Assembly (NCBI RefSeq): GCF_964194155.1
Contig: NC_135900.1
Span: 20,336,001-20,400,000, forward strand
Reading direction: 5' to 3'
DNA length: 64,000 bases
From: Cetorhinus maximus
Lineage: Eukaryota
This document shows, piece by piece, positions 36,455-50,197 of the stretch. How positions within the stretch are numbered: the stretch's first letter is position 1; each line of letters begins with the position of its first letter. The notes under the pieces are model-generated. The model ran no database searches. It was not told where the DNA came from and saw nothing but the letters and a program-made list of their open reading frames with translations. The translations under genes were made by a program, and so were the position numbers.

Positions 36455-39400
36455 CCATGGGATGTGGGCTTTGTCGGCTAAGCTGGCATTTATTGCCCAT
36501 CCCTAATTGCCCTTGAGAAGGTGGCAACCTGCCACCTTAAACTGCTGCAGTCCATGTAGTGTAGGTACACCACTGTTGTTTGGGAGGGAATTCCAGGATT
36601 TTGACCCAGCGACAATGAGGGAACAGTGATGTATTTCCGAATCGGGATGGTGTGAGGCTTGGAGGGGAACTTTCAGGTGGTGGTGTTCCCTTGTATCTGC
36701 TGCCCTTGTTCTTCTAGATGGTAGCGGTCGTGGGTTTACAAGGTGCTGTCTGCGGACTATTGGTGAGTTCCTGTGGTGCATCTTGTAGATGGTACACAAT
36801 GATGCCGCTGTGTGTCGATGGAGGACGGAGTGAATGTGGGTGAGGTGCCAATAAAGCAGGCTGTTCTGCCTTAGATGGTGTTGAGCTTCTTGAGTGTTGT
36901 TGGAGCTGCACTCATCCAGGCAAGTGCAAAGTATTCCATCACACTCCTGACTTGTGCCTTGCAGATGGTGGACAGGATTTGGGGGATCAGGAGATGAGTT
37001 ACTCACAAAATTGTTATGGTGTAGAAGGAGGCCATTCGGCCCATCATTTCTGCACCGGCTGTCTGAGCATTTTAACTTAGTGCCAATCTCCTGCCTTTTC
37101 CCTGTAACCCTGCACATTGTTTCTATTTAGATAATCATCCAATGTCCTCTTGAATGCCTCAATTGAACCTGCCTCCACCACACTTCCAGACAGTGCATTC
37201 CAAACCCTAACTACTCACTATGTGAAAACGTTTTTTCTCTTCTCGCATTTGCTTCTTTTGCAAAATACTTTAAAACTATGCCCTCTGATTCTCGATCCGT
37301 TTATGAGCAGGAACAGTTTCTCCCTATCTACTCTGTCCAGGCCCCTCATTATTTTGAAAACTTCTATCAAGTCTTCTCTGAGCCTTCTCGTCTCCAAGGA
37401 AAACAGTCCCAATTTCTCCAATCTTTCCTCATAACTGAAGTGTCTCATACCTGGAACCATTCTCGTAAACCTCTTCAGCACTCTCTCCAATGCATTCACA
37501 TCTTTCCCATAGTGTGGCACCCAGAACTATACACATTACTCCAGCTGAGGTCTTATATAAGTTCATCATAACCTCCCTGCTCTTGTACTCTATGCCCCGA
37601 TTAATGAAGCAGAAAATACTGTATGCTTTAGAAAAAGTTCTCTCTACCTGTCCTGCCACCTTTAATGATTTTTGTACATATACACCCAGATCTCTGTGCT
37701 CCTGCACACCCTTTAGAATAGTATCCTTTAATTTATACTGTCTCTCCATATTCTTTGTGCCAAAGCGTATCACCTCACACTTCTCTGCATTGAACTTTAT
37801 CTGCCACCTATCTGCCCACTCCACCAATGTGTCAATGTCCTTTTTGAAGTTCTATACTGTCCTCCTCACAGTTTACAATTCTCCCAAGTTTTGTGTTGTC
37901 TGCAAACTTTGAAATTGTCCCCTGCACACCAAGATCTAGATCATTTATATCTATCATGAAGAGTAAGGGTCCCAATATTGACCACTGGGGAACTCCACTA
38001 CAAACCTTTTTCCAGCCTGAAAAATACCCATTAACCATTACTTTCTGTTTCCTATCACTCAGCCAATTTTGTATCCATGTTGCTACTGCCCCTTTTATTC
38101 CATGACCTATAACTTTCCACACAAGTCTGTTGTGTGGCACTGTATCGAATGCCTTTTGGAAGTTCATATACACCACATCAATGGCCTTGCCCTCATCAAC
38201 CATCTCTGTTACCTCTTCAAAGAACTGCAGCAAATTAGACACAATTTTCCTTTAACAAGTCCATGCTGGCTCTTCCGAATCGATCCAAATTTTTCCATGT
38301 GATTATTAATTCTCTCCCGAACAATTATCTCTAGAAGTTTCCCCACCACTGAAGTTAAACTGACTGGTCTGTAATTGCAGGGAAGATCTTTACAAGCATT
38401 TTTGAACAAGGGTGTAATGTTTGTAATTCTCCAGTCCTCTGGCACCTCCCCCGAATCCAGGGAACATTGAAAGATTATGGCCAGTATCTCTGCAATTCCC
38501 ATTCTCATTTCCTTCAATATTCTTGGATGCATCTCATCCGGTCCCGGTGCCTTATCAACTTTAAGTACCGACAGCTTATCCAATATCTCCTCCTTATCAA
38601 TTTTAAACCATTTTAGTAACTGAATTTCCTCCTCTGTTAACATGGCCCTGGCAGCATCTAACTTGTAGGTAAAGACAGATGCAAAGTATTCATCTAACTC
38701 TTCAGCCATGCCTCTTGCCTCTATGGATAAATCCCCTTTTTGATCCCTAATCGGTCCTACTCCTCCTTTTACCACCCTTTTACTATTGATGTGCTTATAG
38801 AATACTTTGGGATTTCCTTTAATGTTAGCTGCCAGTCTTTTTTCATAATCCCTCTTTGCTTCTCATATTTGCTTTTTCACATCCCTTCTGAACCTTCTGT
38901 ATTCAGCTTGGTTCTCAATTGTGTTTGCTACCTGACACCTGTCGTATGCACACTTTTTCTTCTTTAACTTAATTCCTATCTCCTTTGTCATCCAGGGAGC
39001 TCTGGATTTGTTTGTCCCATCCTTTCCTTTTGAGGGAACATACCTTGACTGTGCCTAAACCACCTCCTCTTTGAAGGTAGCCCATTGTTCAGCTACTGTT
39101 TTTCCCACCAACCTTTGGCTCCAGTCTATCTAGTCCAGCTCCGTTCTTGCTCCATTGAAGTCTGCTCAGTGCCAGTTGATTATTCTTACTCTGGATTGAC
39201 CAATATCCTTTTCCGCCGTAATCCTAAATCTTTTGATACAATGATCACTGCCTGCTAAATGTTCCCTGGCTGTCACTTGATGTACTTGGCCCACCTCATT
39301 CCCAAGAACCAGATCTAGCAGTGCTTCCTTTCTTTTTGGACTGGACACATACTGCTGTAGGAAATTCTCCTAAACACAATCTAGGAATGCTTGTCCCTCA

Positions 39401-40595
39401 CTGCCCTTTACACTACCACCATCTCAGTCAATATACAGGTAATTAAAGTCCCCCATTATAACTACTCTATGACGTTTACACCTCTGTAATTTCCTTGCAG
39501 ACTTGTTCATCTATATCCTTCCCACCAGCTGGCGATCTATACATTACACTGGGCAATGTAATTGCACCCTTCTTGTTCCTTAGCTCTAGCAAAATTGATT
39601 TTGTCCTTGAATCCTCTAACACACCCTCTTTCTCCGGCACTGCAATACTCTCCTTAACCCCCCCCCGCTTTTTTCCCTTTCCTATCTTTTCTGAACACTT
39701 TGTAACCAGGAATATTTACTCGCCGCAGGATTCCTAGCCTTTGTCCTGCTTTTGTAGCCACAGTATTTATATGGCTAATCCAGTTCAGTTTCTGGTTAAT
39801 GGTAACCCCCCAGGATGTTTATAGTGGGGGATTCAGTGATGGTAATGCCATTGAATGTCAAGGGGCAATGGTTAGATTCTCTCTTGTTGGATATGGTCAT
39901 TGCTTGGCACTTGTGTGGCACAAATGTTACTTGCCACTTTCAGCTCAAGCCTGGATATAGTCCAGGTCTTGCTGCATTTGGACAGATCCTGCTTCAGTAT
40001 CTCTGGAGTTGCAAATGGTGCTGAACACTGTGCAATCGTCAGTGAACACCCCCACTTCTGAACTTATGATGGAAGGAAGGTCATTGATGAAGCAGCTGAA
40101 GATGGTTGGGTCTAGGCCACTACCCTGAGGAAGTCCTGCTGTGATGTCCTGGAACTGAAATGATTGACCTCTAACAACCACAACCATCTTCCTTTGTGCT
40201 AGGTATGACTCCAACCAACGGACAGGTTTCCCCTTGATTCTCATTATCTCCAGTTTTGCTAGGTCTCCTTGATGCCATTTTTGGTCAAATGCTGTCTTGG
40301 TGTCAAGGGCAGTCACTCTCACCTCACCTCTACAGTCTAGCTCTTTTGTCCATGTTTGAACCAAGGCGTAATGAGGTCAGGAGCTGAGTCATCCTGGCAG
40401 AACCCAAACTGAGCATCAGTGAGCAGGTTATTGCTAAGCAAGCGCAGCTTGATAGCACTGTTGATGACCCCTTCCATCACTTTATTGATGATCGAGAGTA
40501 GACTGATGGGGCGATGATTGGCTAGGTTTGATTAGTCATGTCTTTTGTGTACAGGTCATCCCTGGACAATTTTCTACATTGTTGGGTAGATGCCA
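36455..40595 (-). mobile_element. LINE family B (CR1/L2 group) RT and 3' end, split by a CR1 insertion at 37005-39715
   Basis: ORF 39945-40364 (LDTKTAFD..WH..., GLPQGSGLDPTIFSCFINDLP...FTDDC). 3' end and tail at 36455-37004. The two halves join at a duplicated TTACTC. Confidence 0.88.
37005..39715 (-). mobile_element. CR1/HER1-type LINE, ~2.7 kb of ORF2 (APE C-terminus, RT, tail), frameshifted
   Basis: ORFs 39166-39348, 38209-38775 (KAPGPDEMHPRILKE, NYRPVSLTS), 37832-38242 (GVPQWSILGP, KFADNT), 37429-37827 and 37218-37520. TSD TTACTC at 36999-37004 and 39716-39721. Confidence 0.93.
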
Positions 40596-40985
40596 CATAT
40601 GAGGACAGATGATCAAAAGCTTGGTCGTAGGTAAATTTTAAGGAACATCATAAAGGAGAAAAGAGATGCACAGAGGTTCAGGGAGGGAATTTCAGAGTTT
40701 CGGGTTTAGGAAGCTGAAGGCACAGCCAGAAATAATTGAGTGATTAAAATCAGGGATGCTCAAGAAACCGGAATTTGAGAAGTGCAGATATCTCAGATGG
40801 TTGTGGGGCTGGAGGAGGTTATGGAGATACGGGGGTGGGGGTGAGGGGAGGCCATGGTGGAATCTGAAAACAAGGATGAGACTTTTAAAACCGAGACATG
40901 GCCAGGCCTGGAGCCGATATAGGTCATTGAGGGTGATGGCGAACGGGGTTTGATACAAGTTAGGATATAGGCAGCAAAGTTTAGT
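40596..40985 (-). mobile_element. L2-type 3' fragment
   Basis: FKSLILVFRFHHGL..PYL.NLLQP...RYLH, an L2 ORF2 C-terminal signature. Confidence 0.7.
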
Positions 40986-41169
40986 TGGCATCAATTATTT
41001 GCCAACGTGGGGCATATCCTGTATCTCAAAGGTTGAAAACGAGAGCTCACGTGAAATCTTTGTTTTGTTCAGTGCTGTATACTGAAGCACAATTGGAATT
41101 TATTTTTTTGGAGGGAGGTATCGTGTTGCCAAGGTGCAATGGAAATGCGTGCTTCCTTGTTGCTGCAGC

Positions 41170-41385
41170 CCCTGCCTAGCCCCGCCCCCCACCTTCCTGA
41201 GCTGTCAATCAGAGCCTGTTCCCTGGAGGGCTGACGCAGGAGGAAGGAGACGCCATTAGACAAGAGGGCAGCAGCTTGTTTACTGTCGCTGGCCTGACTT
41301 ACTTCCCACTTCCAGCAGCTCTCTGCCGTCAAGGGTCTCATGCGATTGTGTCTGAGCTTTGCTGAGCTGCATTTCTCTGCTGATA
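41170..41385 (+). promoter_or_regulatory. RAB21 proximal promoter and 5' UTR
   Basis: GC box CCCCGCCCCC at about 41180, CRE/ATF-like TGACGCA at about 41232 and ETS-like CTTCC motifs directly upstream of the ATG. Confidence 0.5.
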
Positions 41386-41526
41386 ATGGCGGGTGCCGGC
41401 GCCGGGGGCGGTAAAACCTATTCGTTTAAAGTTGTCCTGCTGGGGGAAGGCTGTGTGGGAAAGACATCTCTGGTGCTGAGATACTGTGAGAACAAATTCA
41501 ACGATAAGCACATCACCACGCTCCAG
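41386..41526 (+). CDS. RAB21: Ras-related protein Rab-21, exon 1
   Basis: ataATGg start. MAGAGAGGGKTYSFKVVLLGEGCVGKTSLVLRYCENKFNDKHITTLQ (P-loop GEGCVGKT, diagnostic of Rab21). Donor CAG|GTTCGT. Confidence 0.97.
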
Positions 41527-43401
41527 GTTCGTCTTCCTCCTATTTCTCTTCCACTTAGTTTCCATTTCCCTCAACCCTCATTTGGACCCTTTGCCTCCTT
41601 AAAGGGGTCAGTCTTCCCAGTAAAGAGAAGGCCCTCGTGCCAAACGTCGATTGTGAAAATCATCTTTCATTTCCTATTGCACAAATATATTTTAAATGCC
41701 AACCAACTGGCTGTAAGTTGCGTGACTTACAAATATTTGTCTTGCCAGAGTATTTGTTGCAAGAGAACAGTGGTTGAAAGTGCAATAATCCCTGCATGTT
41801 TTTAGGGAGCTGGCAGGAGGGGAAGCATTTTCGCCCCTCACGGTTACATTAGGGGTCCCTTACAGTTATTTCGACATACTCCTCAAATGATCGATTATCA
41901 CTAGCATTTGTGCCACGCGTTATAATTTCAGTCATTAAGGGACGCCAAGTTTTGCCTCAAAACTGTTCTCAATCTCAGAATATCACAAATGAAACCTAAG
42001 ATTTATACATTATCGCATTGAGTTTATGGATCATTGTAACTTTTTGTGTATAAGACCATTTTTTAAAGGCGTGTACAATTCAGTGAATCATTCAAACCGG
42101 AACTTCCTCATCTAATGCTTTTTTGGGTGTGTGGGGAAGAATTTGATAAGTCACTAAAAAAAATATAGAATTTGCTATCGTAGGTTCGCTCCTTGCATTA
42201 ACCTCTGAGAAGTTACGTGTTATCCTTGCATAATTTTTGGTAATGAAAAACCAAATTTCACATGACAGTAGGGCTTGGTCAGGGGGTTTTGTAATTCCGT
42301 TTTTATTTAACTGCTCATGTTCTACAGAGTAATTCAAATGACTTGATCTTTGAGTATTATTCAAGGAATAAAATGAAAATAATACTGTGCTGCACAAATG
42401 ACACATGGTTAAATTTCTGGAATACTGATTTTTGAAAGATTACTGATTATTGCTTTAGGTAATCTGTTCACTGTTCAATCCATTTTTAAGCAACAAATTT
42501 GATTCTGCAAATGGTTGTTTCAGAATTAATGCAGCTTGGAAAGACAGCTAGAGGCATATAAAAATGACAGGCAAAAGTTGGTAAATACGTAATTTCTCCA
42601 GTATTTTTGTCTCTAATAGCATACATTTCATTCATTTCAAACACTTGCTTTGAATGTTGCTATTAACCTTCCTATATTTTATATTGCAGCCTGTGCTCAC
42701 AATCTCTTTTCCGTTCATTCAAATTTGATGCTAAAAATGAAACTTCCTGTTTTCTGTTGGTAATAAGTTGAAAATTGGCCAGTGCCTTTGTCAGTTATGC
42801 AGTTAAAGATTAGAACCCTTAATTTTAATTGTATTTTAATAGTCTTGTGCAGAAGAAATAAATGTACAGAACTTCTTACGCTGGTTGACCCCATCACACT
42901 AATTAATTGATTTCAAATTTGTTGCACTTTTAGTCAAACTACACTCAATATTGCTAATTTATATTTTCTTGTGTTCAAAGGAATTGGAGTTAAGTTTCAT
43001 TGCCCTTATACTGCTTTCACAAAAATACAAAGAAGGTTTCAGTATACATTGACGGTATAGTTAAAAAGGCATATCAATAACCCATTTCACAAGCATTCTG
43101 AAATAGAAAGACTTGAGGCTACCTCCGGGTTGCAGGCGCATAACTCAGATTTCATGAACCAGAGCACCATCAACAACTTGCGTTTATATAGTGTCTTTAA
43201 CATAGTAAAACATCCAAGGTACTTCACTGAAACATCTACCAGATAATATTTGATACTGAGCCGCATAAGGAGATATTAGGACAGGTGACTAAAGATGCAA
43301 GTTTGAAGTGTGTTAAAGGAGTGGAGCAAGAAATGGTGAGGTTTACAACAACAGCTTAAATTTATATAGTGCCTTTAACATAATGAAATGTCCAAGAACT
43401 T

Positions 43402-44634
43402 TGAATTTTTTGAGGAGGTGACCAGGTGTGTAGATGAGGGTAGTGTAGTTGACGTAGTCTCTATGGATTTCAGCAAAGCCTTTGACAAGGTACCACATGA
43501 GAGACTTATAAAGAAGGGAAATGCACATGGGATACAGGGTAATTTGATAAGGCGGATTCAAAATTGGCTTAACTGTAGGAGACAGAGGGTGATGACAGAA
43601 GGATGCTTTAGTAACTGGAAGCCAGTGGCGTATCACAGGGATCTGTGCTGGGTCCCCTATTATTTGTCATTTATATAAACGACATAGATGACTATGTGGG
43701 GGGTAGGATTAGTAAATTTGCGGATGACACAAAGATTGGCCGGGTGGTTAACAGTGAGGTTGAGTGTCTTGGGCTGCAGGAAGATATAGATGGGATGGTC
43801 AAATGGGCAGATAAGTGGCAGATGGAATTTAACCCTGAGAAGTGTGAGGTGATATACTTTGGAAGGAGTAATTTGACAAGGAAGTATTCAATGAACGGCA
43901 TGACACTAGGAAGTTCTGAGGAACAAAGGGACCTTGGCGTGTGTGTCCATAGATCTCTGAAGGCAGAGGGGCATGTTAGTTGGGTGGTGAAAAAGGCATA
44001 TGACACTTGCCTTTATCAATCAAGGCATAGATTACAGAAGTAGGGAGGTCATGTTGGAGTTGTATAGAACCTTGGTGAGGCCACAGCTGGAGTAGTGTGT
44101 GCAGTCCTGGTCGCCACATTATAGGAAGGATGTGATTGCACTGGAGGGATTGCAGAGGAGATTCACCAGGATGTTGCCTGGGATGAAACATTTAAGTTAT
44201 GAAGAGAGGTTGGATAGACTTGGGTTGTTTTCGTTGGAGCAGAGAAGACTGAGGGGCGACCTGATCGAGGTATACAAGATTATGAGGGGCATGGACAGGG
44301 TGGATAGGGAGCAGCTGTTCCCCTTAGTTGAAGGGTCAGTCATGAGGGGACATAAGTTAAAGGTGAGGGGCAGGAGATTTAGGGGGGGATGTGAGGAAAA
44401 ACTTTTTTACCCAGAGGGTGGTGACGGTCTGGAATGCACTGCCTGGGAGGGTGGTGGAGGCGGGTTGCCTCACATCCTTTAAAAAGTACCTGGATGAGCA
44501 CTTGGCATGTCATAACATTCAAGGCTATGGGCCAACTGCTGGTAAATGGGATTCGGTAGGTAGTTCAGGTGTTTCTCACGTGTCAGTGCAGACTCGATGG
44601 GCTGAAGGGCCTCTTCTGCACTGTGTGATTCTGT
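43402..44634 (+). mobile_element. Relatively young 5'-truncated HER1/CR1 LINE in RAB21 intron 1
   Basis: DFSKAFDKVPH, LGPLLFVIYINDID, KFADDTK and SYEERLDRLGLFSLE motifs. HER1-like tail gatgggctgaagggcctcttctgcactgtgtgattctgt. TSD GAACTT at 43396-43401 and 44635-44640. Confidence 0.93.
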
Positions 44635-45484
44635 GAACTTCACAGGAGCATTATGGAACAAAGTATGACACTGGGCCACATATAGAGATATTAGGTCAGA
44701 TAACCAAAAGCTCAGATAAACAGGTAGTTTTTAAGGAGTGTGTTAAAGGAGAAAAGTGAGGTTGAGAGGTTTACAGAGTACATTTCAGACTTGCGACATA
44801 GACAGTTGAAGGCAGGGCCACCAATGGTGGAGTGATTAAAATCAGGGATGTGCAAGTAACTGTGACATTTGTGGTGTTGAAGAAGATTACAGATATGGAG
44901 AGGGGCGAGGTCATGGAGGGATTTGGAAGCAAGGTTGAGAAGTTTGGAAAGGCTGCATTTGCTGCCAACGCTGTGCATGTGCAGTTGTAAGTGCGGCCAC
45001 CATCTTCATAGGAGGCAATGTGCAACAGGGTGCATGCGTGGCCATCACAACCTGGAATTGCAAATATTACACTGCCGGCAGCATCAAGTTAACACGTTTT
45101 ACTAAAGAGAAGTAGCTTCTTTATAATGTTTGCAATTGCGGCCAGCCTGCAGTTTCTGAATCTCCTGCTTGGAGTCTCTTTCCTTTAATCCCGGGTCTGT
45201 CACCGGGAACAAGCCATGGAGTTGCAAACAGAATTGTGGCCATCATTGGGTGGATCAGAAACATCCCCTATCTCTCCATTACGATCCCCAGAAATTGCAA
45301 GGAGGCCGTGCCCCCACTACCTGTCAGCCACGGGGCTGGGTTCAGGATCCAAATAAGATCAAACCGGCACTGTCTCCTGCAAATTATGTCATTGACTTCT
45401 GCGCATGCTTGCATAAGTGCGTATGTGGGAAGGTGGCCATCTTGCGTTGGTACGTTTTAAAGACACGTTTTAAAATCAAGACAT

Positions 45485-46830
45485 TGTTTGACAATGTAGG
45501 TCAGTGAGCACAGGGGTAATAGGGAAACATGACTTGGTGAGAGTTAAGACACTGGCAGCAGAGTTTTGGATGACCTCAAGTTTACAGAGGCTAGAATTTG
45601 GGAAACCAGCCAGGAGTGCATTGGAATAGTTGAGTCTTGAGGTAACAAAGGTATAAATGGGGTTTTCACCAGCAAATGAGATGAGATGGACAAGTTGGGT
45701 GTTGTTACGGAGGTGGAAATGGGCGGGCTTAGTGATGGCATGAGTAGGAGGTTGGAAGCACATGTCGGGATCAAATGTGATGCCAAGATTTAACAAACTA
45801 GTTTAATCTCACACTGTGTTGCCAGGGAGAGGGATGGAATCAGTAGCTGTGGAACAGAATTTCAAGTGGGAAATGAAAACAATGGCTTCAGGCTTCCCAG
45901 TATTTAATTGCATGAAAGTTCTGCTCACCTTGTACTGGATGTTGGATGAGCAGTCTGATAATTTAGCAACAGTGGAAATTCAAGAGAGGTGGTGGTGAGG
46001 TGGAGCTGCTGCCATCAGCGTACATGTGCAAATCAATGTTGTGCCTTTGCATGATGTCACAGAGGAGCAGCATGTGGATGAGAATAGGGGACCAAAAATA
46101 GATCCTTGGGAGGGCACAAGAAGGAACAGTGCAGGAGCAGGAAGTAAAGCCATTACAACTGATTTTCTGACTATGTCAGATAAAAATGGAGCCAAGTGAG
46201 AGCAATCCCACTCAGCTGGACAACAGTGGGGAGGCGTTGGAGGAGGATAGTAGGGTAAAGCAATTGAAGGTTGCAGACAGGTGGAGGAGGACGAGGAGGG
46301 AAAGTTTACTGTTTTTACATCTACAAAAGATGTTATTTATGACTTTGAGAATTGTCTCGGTACTGTGGCAGGGCGGAAACTTGATTGGAGTGATTCGAAC
46401 ATGGAATTCTGGGAAAGTGGGATTGGATTTGTGAGGTAGCAACATGTTCAAGGACATTTTATGGGGAAATGGAGGTGGAGATAGGACAGTACTTTGCAAG
46501 GACGGTGAGTGAAAGCTTTTTTTTTTGAGGGGAGGTGTTATAACAGCAGATTTGAAGGCGAGGTGGACAACGCCTAAAGAGAGAGAATAATTTACAAACC
46601 GGCTAACATGGGGAAGGAATTCCAAGTGGCTGAAGTCATGGCCACCATTGGCAGAGTGCTGAAAATCAGGAATATGCAAAAGATGAGAATTTGAGGACTG
46701 CAGAGATCTTGGAAGGGTGATAGGCTGGGTGAAGTTAGAAGGGTGAGGTCATGGAGGGATTTGAAAACAGGGATGAACATTTTAAAATGGAGGCTTTGCT
46801 GGGTGGGGGAGCCAATCTGGATTAGCAAGT
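45485..46830 (-). mobile_element. L2 LINE RT fragments (3' end continues at 44641-44945 and 43345-43395)
   Basis: HSTETILKVINNI, LLHLSATF, SQGSIFGP, SRLNYSNALLAG and KLEVIQNSAASVL...ITPVLTDLH are L2 ORF2 signatures. Confidence 0.85.
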
Positions 46831-47395
46831 ACAGCTAATAATATAACTGATCTGTCTATTGCATATCCATAATTTTGTTTCCAGAATCACAATATGAGAA
46901 CTAACTAGATTGTGGTACCTATTGGCCAAGACTAAACATGCTAAATCTAATACTACCCTCCACATACTGCAACTTTAGCAGTTGCTAACCCTTTGGAACT
47001 TGGCAACTGCTCCGTTCTCTACTAGGGGACCGGAGGTGAAACTAACATGTGTTTTATCAGTGACATATTTTGGTTGGTTCTTGAAGCCATCCTTGAAAGG
47101 GGCCTGTCAACTCCTCAACTGGGTCAGTTTCATTTCTCTGCAGTGATGTTTTTTTTCTCTCTTTCAGAACTGAACTGTTTTTTGTCAGTAAATTTAGGGA
47201 AGTTTCAAATTACATTCAGCTCAATGTTAAAGACTGCATCTCCTCAAACATCCACTGTGCCCACTTTGTTTTAGTTAAACATTGTTCTGTTGTTTTGTTT
47301 TTCTTTCAGTTTTGTTTTCTTTGGCTTCCTGTGTGTAATAGTTTTTACAACAAAGATATTCAATCTGTAGTTTCACAAGCTCTGTTCATTTTTAG

Positions 47396-47455
47396 GCATC
47401 ATTCTTGACCAAAAAGCTGAATATTGGAGGCAAAAGAGTAAATATTGCAATTTGG
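47396..47455 (+). CDS. RAB21: RAB21 exon 2
   Basis: ttttAG acceptor; ASFLTKKLNIGGKRVNIAIW; donor TGG|GTAAGT; 60 nt. Confidence 0.96.
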
Positions 47456-47609
47456 GTAAGTACTCTAATTTATTACAAAGTGTTTGTGACCAAATTAAGC
47501 TAATTTGATTTAGATTTAGTGTTGGTGTGGAATAATTCCAGATTTGCACCAAAGCTTGGATTGTATAAAGTAAAATTAGGTGTTAAACATGAACTAATCC
47601 CCCCTAATA

Positions 47610-47905
47610 GGGGGAGGTGATAGTGTAGTGGTATTGTCACTGGCCTAGTAATCCAGAGACCCAGGGTAAGGCTCTGGGGACCAGGGTTCGAATCCTACCA
47701 TGGCAATGGTGAAATTTGAATTCTGTAAAAATCTGGAATTAAAATTCTAATGATCACCATGGAACAATTGTCGTAAAACCTGTTGGTTTTACCTGGTCTG
47801 GCCTATATGTTGACTCTTAAATGCCCTCTGAACAAGGGCAATTAGGGATGGGCAATAAATACTGGCCTAGCCAGCGACGCCCATATCCCACGAACAAATT
47901 TTTAA
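47610..47905 (+). mobile_element. tRNA-derived SINE (same family as 2184)
   Basis: GGGGAGGTGATAGTGTAGTGG...GGGTTCGAATCC and tail AAGGGCAATTAGGGATGGGCAATAAATACTGGCC. Confidence 0.88.
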
Positions 47906-48864
47906 AAATTCCCACGGAAGAGGAGTGAGCCGCCCTTCTTTAGGAAGGAAGTTTAGAAAGTTTTGCGCCACTTCACTCTGGGCTTTTAAGGAAGTTCAAA
48001 CTACATCTATACTCTAACTGCAATATCTGTGCAAAGCAGAACTGCTCCTCTAATGATGCTAGTTAAACTTAAACTAGAGAAACATTTAGAAAATTATAAA
48101 TGTGCTTAAATAAGAGTTGAATGGGTTTTGTAAATTAATTTCCTCTACCTTCATCTAAAGCTGTTTTTGATGTCAGATTGTAATGGTTTTGTTTTGGTTG
48201 TGATTGCCGTACTTACTTTAATCCTTTTTGTTGCAAGCTATTTGAAAAAGAATTAATCCATAATTATTTCTGGAATATAGATAAAATTGTGCCCTTGTTT
48301 GGTTCCATTCCCACCTGTTGGAGCACAGCCCGTGCAACTCCAGCAATAGTTTCATTCACCTTCAGGGTCCCCTTAGGATCTGTCCTTGGCCTCCTCTTCC
48401 TGATGTATAAGTTGTTCCTTGGCAATATTATCTGCGAGCACAAGAGCAGCTTTAACATATAAGCTGATGCTGCCCAGCTGTACTTCATGACAGTCGTGGC
48501 TGCCATTGCACTATTGAGGCTTGTTAAGTCTCTGCCTCTGCCAACTCAATATCGCAAAGGTGAAAGCCATCATCTTTAGCTTTCTTTTTCCATTAACTCC
48601 AGCTCCACGTCCTCTTAAGTTATTTCCTGGTGAATCAGATGGTTTAAAGTCTTGATATCATGTTCAGTGTGATCTGGAAATATGAAATTTCATCAAGGTG
48701 GCATACTTCCATTTCATGTTTTTCCTCTACATCTGCTCAAACCCTTATTCATACCTTTTGTCATCTCCAGTCTTGAACAACTATATGTTTACCTTGCTGA
48801 CCTCCCATCCTCCACTATCCGTAATCCCCAGTCTAAAATTTCGTATCTGTCCTCTCTTGTCCTG

Positions 48865-49740
48865 ATGTGTATTCTTCTTGGGCAGTCCCTCAGGATTGAG
48901 GATGTATTGCGTTTCACTGTGTTCTGAGATAGCTGATAAGTCCTATGCATGATCTGCAGACTTTGCCATATACAGGGTAGGTGGTGCTTGGAGGGTCATA
49001 CAGAGGAGGTGTTGGAGGTTTTTTGCACTCTCTCTGTGCCTCGACTTTGCCTCTGTGTGCTCCCGCCAAAGTGTCTCTGTGTTTAGTGCCTTCCCGAATG
49101 AACCTTCTCCGTTTTGGCTGGTCAAAGCCATGGGCTCCCATGAGTTGGCAGGGAATGTTTGATCTCTTCAGGAATGCTTTGAGCACATCTGGAAAGCATT
49201 TCCACTGTCCTCCTGGGAGCCTCCTGCTGCAACTGAGCTCAAAGTCAAACAGTTGCATCAGAAGCCTGATGTCATGCATACACATGACATGCCCTCCCAG
49301 CGGAGCAGGTTTTGAGTGATTAGCTCCTCTATGTTGGACGTGTTGGCTTGGGAGAGAATGTTGGACCACTTTTCCTGCTGCCAAATTTGAAGAACCTTGC
49401 AAAGGCACCACTGGTGGCACTTCTTCAGTGCTTTGAGGTGCCTGCTGTAGATTGGCCAAGTCTTAGAGGCATACAGGAGCGCCAGGATCACTGTTGCCTG
49501 GTAAACCATGACCTTGATCTCAGGTTTGAGACCCTGGTCCTCAAATACTCTCTTCCTCAGTTGGCCATAGGCTAAGATAGAACATTGAGGCCGAAATTCA
49601 TCAAAGCGTCCAATGCCTGCATTCGTCAAGAGATTCCCAAGGTATGGAAAATAGGCCATGTTTTCCAGGGTCATGCCATTGATATTAATCAATGGGGAAG
49701 GCATTGAACTGTGGGATCTGGTGGGAGAAGACCTTAGTTT
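48865..49740 (-). mobile_element. RTE-clade LINE 3' fragment, inserted next to a degraded plus-strand L2 (about 48270-48850)
   Basis: ORF 49258-49704 (FPYLG...AYGQLRKRVF...TVILALLYASKTW...LLRWEG) and C-terminal Zn-knuckle remnant GKVCRSCIGLISYLRT. Confidence 0.85.
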
Positions 49741-49942
49741 TTCGGGTGTTTAGTGAAAGTTCCATAGTGGGTCCCATACTCCCAAAATATTCCAAGTTCC
49801 ACCCACCCTGATACCATCAGCCCACTATTTTTGGCAGTACTTCGTCCCCTTAATTGGAACCACACCGCTGCATCTCTCTCCACTTTAAGCCAGAACCCAT
49901 TACCGTGACTTAGCCTACTGTTGCCTAACTCTGACTTCTTGA

Positions 49943-50197
<255 letters not shown>

